In this document: piece after piece, positions 34,266-39,760 of the stretch
How the letters are laid out: each line of letters opens with the position of its first letter
Position numbering within the stretch: the stretch's first letter is position 1
Assembly (NCBI RefSeq): GCF_001194135.2
Contig: NC_068989.1
Location: 52,681,548 to 52,721,307 of the forward strand
Source: Octopus bimaculoides
Lineage: Eukaryota
Length of the DNA stretch: 39,760 nucleotides
Direction: 5' to 3'
Notes under the pieces: model-generated
Told to the model about the DNA's origin: nothing
Seen by the model: only the letters and a program-made list of their open reading frames with translations
The model's database searches: none
Program-made: the position numbers and the translations under genes

Positions 34266-34903
34266 CGCATGCTTATATTAGAAATCAATATTTCGGGATG
34301 GTGGTCAAAAGCAAACAGGTCATTCTTTTTGAACTTTTTCCTATACTAATAATTCTCTATAGAGCAGAAGGAGCTTGTTCTTTTCATTATGATGCTTTTT
34401 CAGAATACTATGTTCGTTAAATTGTTTTACCTCAAAATCACACAACTGGAAAGCTTTAGACTATAGGATTACTCAAGCAGAGGTAACCTAGGGTAGGGGC
34501 CAGACAACACAACCAGCGAGAGAAAAAATTGTTAGTAATATCATTTCATCATGAAAGACTGGAAACGTTGACACAGAAAAATAAGGAAATATACAGGAAA
34601 CTTTTTGATAAAATTATCACAAAATTCATGATTTCTTTAACCCACACACACACACAGATTCATGTTTGTGTGCATGTGTATGTGTGTATGTGTGTGTATA
34701 CACCTGTGCATTATGTATAAATATGTGGGAGAGTGAGAAAGACAGGGAATTAATGTGTGTATATGTGTGTAGATAGATAGATATATAGATAGATAGATAG
34801 ATAGAAGCATAAATGTATGTATGTATACGCTTATACCCACATAATTCTTCACATTTACATTGAAAATATAGTTACAATTCTCAATATCAGGAAGCTTTAG
34901 AAT

Positions 34904-35117
34904 GATGACCTGGCAGAATCGTTAGCACTCCGGGCAAAATACCTGACGGCATTTCGTCCATCTTTGCGTTCTGGGTTCAAATTCCACCGAAGTCGACGCG
35001 CCTCTTACTCTTTCGGGTTCGATTTAAAAAGCACCAGTTGAACAGTAGGATCGATATAATAAACTTCTTTCTCCCTTAAAAATTGCTGGCCTTGTGCCAA
35101 AAATTTGAAACTAATAT
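34904..35117 (+). mobile_element. tRNA-derived SINE (family B), near full-length
   Basis: A-box-like CTGGCAGAATCG, B box GGGTTCAAATTCC, core CCGAAGTCGAC...TTTCGGGTTCGAT...AGCACCAGTTG and end GGCCTTGTGCCAAAAATTTGAAAC. The core resembles the Meta domain of MetaSINEs as I recall it (unverified). Confidence 0.9.
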
Positions 35118-35119
35118 CA

Positions 35120-35290
35120 GCATGCTTAATAGGTGTTGTGATGCTAATCTTAGCATTCTGAGTTCAAATCCTGCCGTCATCAGCAATGCTTTTCATTCAA
35201 CCAAAGATCAATAAAATTAGGCACCAATCGAAAACTAGCGTCTATCTAACCGATTGGTTCCTCCTTCTAATTTTTTTACTCTGTACACTA
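35120..35290 (+). mobile_element. Older SINE family B copy directly downstream of the previous one
   Basis: CATTCTGAGTTCAAATCCTGCCG...TTTTCATTC...TCAATAAAATTAGGCACCA follows the same order of motifs. Confidence 0.55.
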
Positions 35291-35876
35291 TGTTAAAAAT
35301 GAAAATAAGTTGGCTTAATAGACCACGCGTTTTGACAACGCGTTTCTCTCTGTTACCTGCATTCAGAAACACTTCCTCCCTGCTCTTTTCTCATGCAAAC
35401 ATTTCCCCTCAGATTCTCAGTTTGAAACACTAGCCTTACTAATTTCGCACGGACTAAAATACCTCAACCCTGCAACTCTCACTAAGTTATAAACCATAAT
35501 AAAAATCTTAGTGGCATACACTCATAGAGCTAAATCATGTCGATAATAAACATATCTTCAGAAAAATACTTTAAAATATCACTTGTTTTTTCCAGTATAT
35601 ATAAGAATATAGTTACGCAGAGGGGCAAGTATATGATACTAAATAATTCCATTGCCAAATATAATCCATTCTGTTACGTAAATGTGATTTAAAAAATAAT
35701 CCATTGAAATATAGATCATGTTAACAATATGTTCTCCGTTGTCTGCATCGTTCAGTAATGTTTTAGTATAATATGAAACCTAAAAGAAATTCTATAAGTT
35801 AAAGTGCAATTGAATTTTCTTTTTCTTTTGTTTGTCTTTTTTTTTCTGTCTTTTACTACTTTATCATGATATATTG

Positions 35877-36040
35877 GGCAGGCATGGTTACGTGGTTAAG
35901 ATATTCGCATCAGAGAGATGAGATAGCAAGCACCAGGTGCAGTGGGCAAGTATCTTCTTTCTTTTTCTAGTATATTTTACGGTTGACTAGTATTTTGTGA
36001 TGGGAATTTCGTAAATGGAAATGGTGCAGAGGTCCGTTAC
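35877..36040 (+). mobile_element. SINE family A head followed by (CA)n
   Basis: GCAGGCATGGTTACGTGGTTAAG...GGGCAAGTATCTTC...GTAAATGGAAATGGTGCAGAGGTCCGT then microsatellite. A degenerate family A tail lies at about 36640-36750. Confidence 0.6.
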
Positions 36041-36087
36041 AAGCACACACGCAAGCACACACACCATACCATACACACACACACACG

Positions 36088-36153
<66 letters not shown>

Positions 36154-36427
36154 CACGAACACACACATATGCATTAGTGTTCTGCTAAGCTTGTACTCCA
36201 GTATGCGCACACTGCTTTTACGACTTGGAAAGGAAAGACATGTCTACACGCAAGATTTACAAGATGGGATAGGATATTATGATAAAAGAAATTCTGCATG
36301 GTTACGCACATGCAATGAAAGAAAAATATTGCAGATAATGCAAATTCTACATACACCCACAGCATAACTTTGGAGGAAACATTCACAAACACACAGATTC
36401 ACACATATGCCTATATGCATATATATG

Positions 36428-36485
<58 letters not shown>

Positions 36486-37462
36486 TATATATATGTGTGT
36501 GTGTGTGTACGCATGTGTAAGTATGAGTGTGTACACAGCTAGTGTCTGTGCTAACATTCGCCAGTGTTACAACAGGTGTTCACTTAACAGTTAACTCATC
36601 CATCCGCTTTATAGGTAGATAGATAGATAGAGAGAGGTGGGGGGAGTAAATTCCGGACAAAATAAAGTACTGTAATTGATATGATCGATTAAATAAAATA
36701 CCCTTAAAAGCGGTGTCTCGGCGTAGCTGCAGTACAGTAGATGAAACTAACGAGTATACAAAAGAATAGATTTCTAACGTCGACACTGAGAAGTAGCAGT
36801 TGATTATAAGAACTCATTACTTGACTAGAAACTGGGCTACCCAGATAAAACAAAAGCTTCGAATCAAAGTTTACATTTGTGGAATTGAGGTGTGGAAGTT
36901 AAAATCCAAAATTACATACATACCATAAGATAGTTTTTCAAGTAGATCTTAAATTGTTAGACTTTATATAAGGCCCTGTTAAAACGCATATTTCGCTCTT
37001 GGCTGACTTAAGTGTAGATTGTTAAATTACAAGCATACAAGCCATTTGTCAACTCTAAGAATAACTCTTTATTCTTCCACCAGTCTTAGAACCTCTGAAA
37101 AATTCTCATTGGTGGCAGCAATCCTTTTCTGACGAAATCATTAAAACTACATAGTCAGTCAAATCCGCAGTTCTTATTCACCGTATAGTAATAAATATAT
37201 TACTCTCGAAGGAAATGTAATCGTCTGGTGCATTCATATATAAAAATATCGTAATACGTTATATTTATACAAATGCGAATTGATTTAAGAGCTAGTTTCT
37301 TGTCTTAGAAATGTAATATAACATATATATTCCCTGGCTAATAAATGATCTTAAAAAGAAAATAGATTCAACAAAATAAAAATCCAGAAATAAAGTTGCA
37401 GGAGTTCTTTATTCAACGAATTTATGTATTCATTGAATTATTTCAGATTTTGATTTATAGAA

Positions 37463-37464
<2 letters not shown>

Positions 37465-37518
<54 letters not shown>

Positions 37519-37595
37519 GTGAGTGTGTGTGTGTGTGTGTGTGCGTGTGTGCGTGTGTGTGTGTAAGTGAGTGTGTGTGTGTGTGTCTGTGTGTC
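37465..37595. repeat. (TG)n compound microsatellite
   Basis: Direct reading. Confidence 0.95.
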
Positions 37596-38069
37596 TGTGA
37601 AGGTTTACTATGTTTAAATGTTTATGAATTTCACTTTGTTATCATAAGGTCGTTCTTTCGATTTTCGATTTCATAGGGTGTCATCATGAATACGTGTTAT
37701 TTTGCGTAGCCTTATGTGTAGGTATGCATATACATAGAAATACACGCACACGCAAGCATACACACGCACACACACACACATTCTTTTATATATTTCAGCC
37801 TTGAGGCTGCAGCCATTATTAATAAGTTTTAAAATAGAGAGATTCAATGGATATAAGGTAATTTATTAATTAATTAACATTGCCTACAATTGTTTCACTT
37901 CACATCCAATGTAAAGTACAGAACATATATAATAGTATAAGTTTGTATTTTGAGTTTTCTGGGTTGATCTTCAAGACAAAATGGACATCACAGTGCTTAC
38001 ATTTTGATGAATTGAAATACGCGCGTGTGTGTGTCTGTATGTGTGCGTTAATATTTTATTTTTATTTAA

Positions 38070-38130
38070 ATACAATAATACTAATAATAATAATAATAAT
38101 AATAATAATAGTAATAATAATAATAATGAA
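38070..38130. repeat. (TAA)n microsatellite
   Basis: Direct reading, with single-base interruptions. Confidence 0.93.
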
Positions 38131-38894
38131 TTAAAGTATATAAAAATAAAAATAAAGGATAAAAATAAAGATCAATTATAAATGAGGAACATAATGAAAT
38201 ATATTAATAATGAAAAATAAATAAAATGAAAATGAAATAAATTGTTTTTACAAAAGATGGATGCCCATGGTCCATTTTGGTTTATGTATTAGTGCATGTT
38301 CTTGTGTTTATATGTGTGCTCTTATGTGTATATACGTATGTTTACTACCTAATTTAATTTATATGTATGTGTGTATGTGTGTCGGCATAACCTTATTGAA
38401 TACAAGTATGGATGTCATCATTTATGCACGAGTATGTGTGTGTATGCGTTTATAGATCCTTACGGCTTAAGTTGCTTCATTAGTGTGCATGAGTGTGTAC
38501 ATGCATATCGATACATATACAGGTACCACATGCATACACATATCTATTTATGTGTTTGTGTTATGTCTATGCAGGTAGTGTGTAATTAAAAGTAACATAA
38601 TTTAAGAGAAATAAGTCACTAGTCATACACATTTAGATAGCAAAGTAGTCTGTAAATTAAAATTTTTAACAATTTCTTTCTTGGAAAGAGAAGGTAAACA
38701 AGAACTATAGTTTAACAAGCCTGCCGGATTATCATATGTATTTTTATAAGCCTGCTGACAGTCAAATTTGGCTGGTATTGGGCGAGCGAACATCTGTCGC
38801 TGAGGAAGTGCAGTACGCTGAAATCAAGTGATATAACGGTTCTTGTGAGCTAACGATATATGTCTGTGCTTTTAGAAAGCTCTGCTTGTATTAG

Positions 38895-38967
38895 AGGATC
38901 CGATTGTTGAGCGGTCCTGGAGGGAGAGGATACACACAGACACAAAGACACACACACAGAGATATAC

Positions 38968-39000
<33 letters not shown>

Positions 39001-39050
39001 GATGGGCTTCATTCAGTTTCCATCTACCAAATCCACTCATAAGGCTGCGT
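38895..39050 (-). mobile_element. SINE family A middle section with internal (CA)n/(TA)n
   Basis: GATGGGCTTCATTCAGTTTCCATCTACCAAATCCACTCATAAGGCT (39001-39046) is the reverse complement of the end of the family A head (cf. 1045-1084). It is preceded by (TA)n, (CA)-rich sequence and CCGATTGTTGAGCG (cf. 1565-1585 inverted). Confidence 0.7.
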
Positions 39051-39087
39051 CTATATATGTGTGTGTGTGTGTATGTATATATATATA

Positions 39088-39143
<56 letters not shown>

Positions 39144-39760
39144 TATTAAGAAAATGTTTATTTTCCAGCTTTCATATTTTTGCCTGAGCTCCTTGCTGGT
39201 TTCATAGGAAGATGAGATACCTCAATTCTATCAGCAATATTTGTAGTTTCTCGAGTGACTCATCATTAAGGTGAAGTTGGTGTCCATTTCTGCTTCTTTA
39301 TACCATGTAAAACCAATGAGATTTGTGTAGACATCACAATCGGAATCTGAATTTTTGCCACATCTATTCTGCAATAGTCAGGTATTTGTTTTTGTTCATG
39401 TCTAGGATATGCCGTATGTGCAACATTTGTTAAACATATATAGTTTCTTGTAATCCATTTCCTGTTGTACTTTTTTTTATATGCTTTATGTGTGGTTCAT
39501 GTACTTCTAATAAATGCAGTAAATACTGTAGTTATTGCGTTTATTTGTAACTGTATTTTTCTGATCACGAACAGTACAAATAAATAATAGTACATATAAC
39601 ACTTAGGAATGCAACGATTAAATTACTTGATATAGAAATGTAGGGCAAACAACAGAATCAACAAGGGCTACACTCAAGATAGATATAAATGATTATATGT
39701 ATGTATGTGTATATATATATATTATACATACACACACACACGCATATATATATATATATA

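Noticed and set aside
34904-34990. tRNA gene (A and B boxes present)
   Set aside because: No cloverleaf or acceptor stem; the sequence continues into a SINE body found several times in the window.
39170-39600. Possible L1/Tx1-like 3' remnant on the minus strand
   Set aside because: A-rich skew and vague residues only, with no diagnostic motif.

Overview
AT-rich eukaryotic (animal) non-coding DNA: an intergenic region or a very large intron. It has dense (TA)n/(TG)n/(TATG)n microsatellites and eight N gaps (about 2.8 kb). The SINE families and microsatellite load resemble octopod cephalopod DNA; this is inferred from recalled repeat sequences, not tested. I cannot support any intact host protein-coding gene, rRNA, tRNA or CRISPR array. 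Most long ORFs in the track are artefacts of microsatellites or N runs. What the sequence does support is a transposon graveyard. (1) A decayed DD36E Tc1-like transposase (12.7-14.9 kb) with a near full-length DD34D mariner nested inside it. (2) A second, 3'-truncated mariner (6.1-6.8 kb). (3) A stack of R4/Dong-like non-LTR fragments around (TAA)n tracts (7.2-8.55 kb). (4) A CR1-like LINE fragment (2.0-2.3 kb). (5) More than a dozen copies or fragments of two tRNA-derived SINE families. The best unexplained signals are a frame-preserving 63-bp x3 degenerate repeat (9103-9291), a stop-poor decayed frame weakly resembling a macro domain (11803-12204), an 83-bp pseudo-symmetric hairpin cassette (383-465), a GC/CpG-rich island (32228-32345) and a hairpin at 25278-25323. 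None of these is established as a new biological system; all are leads.
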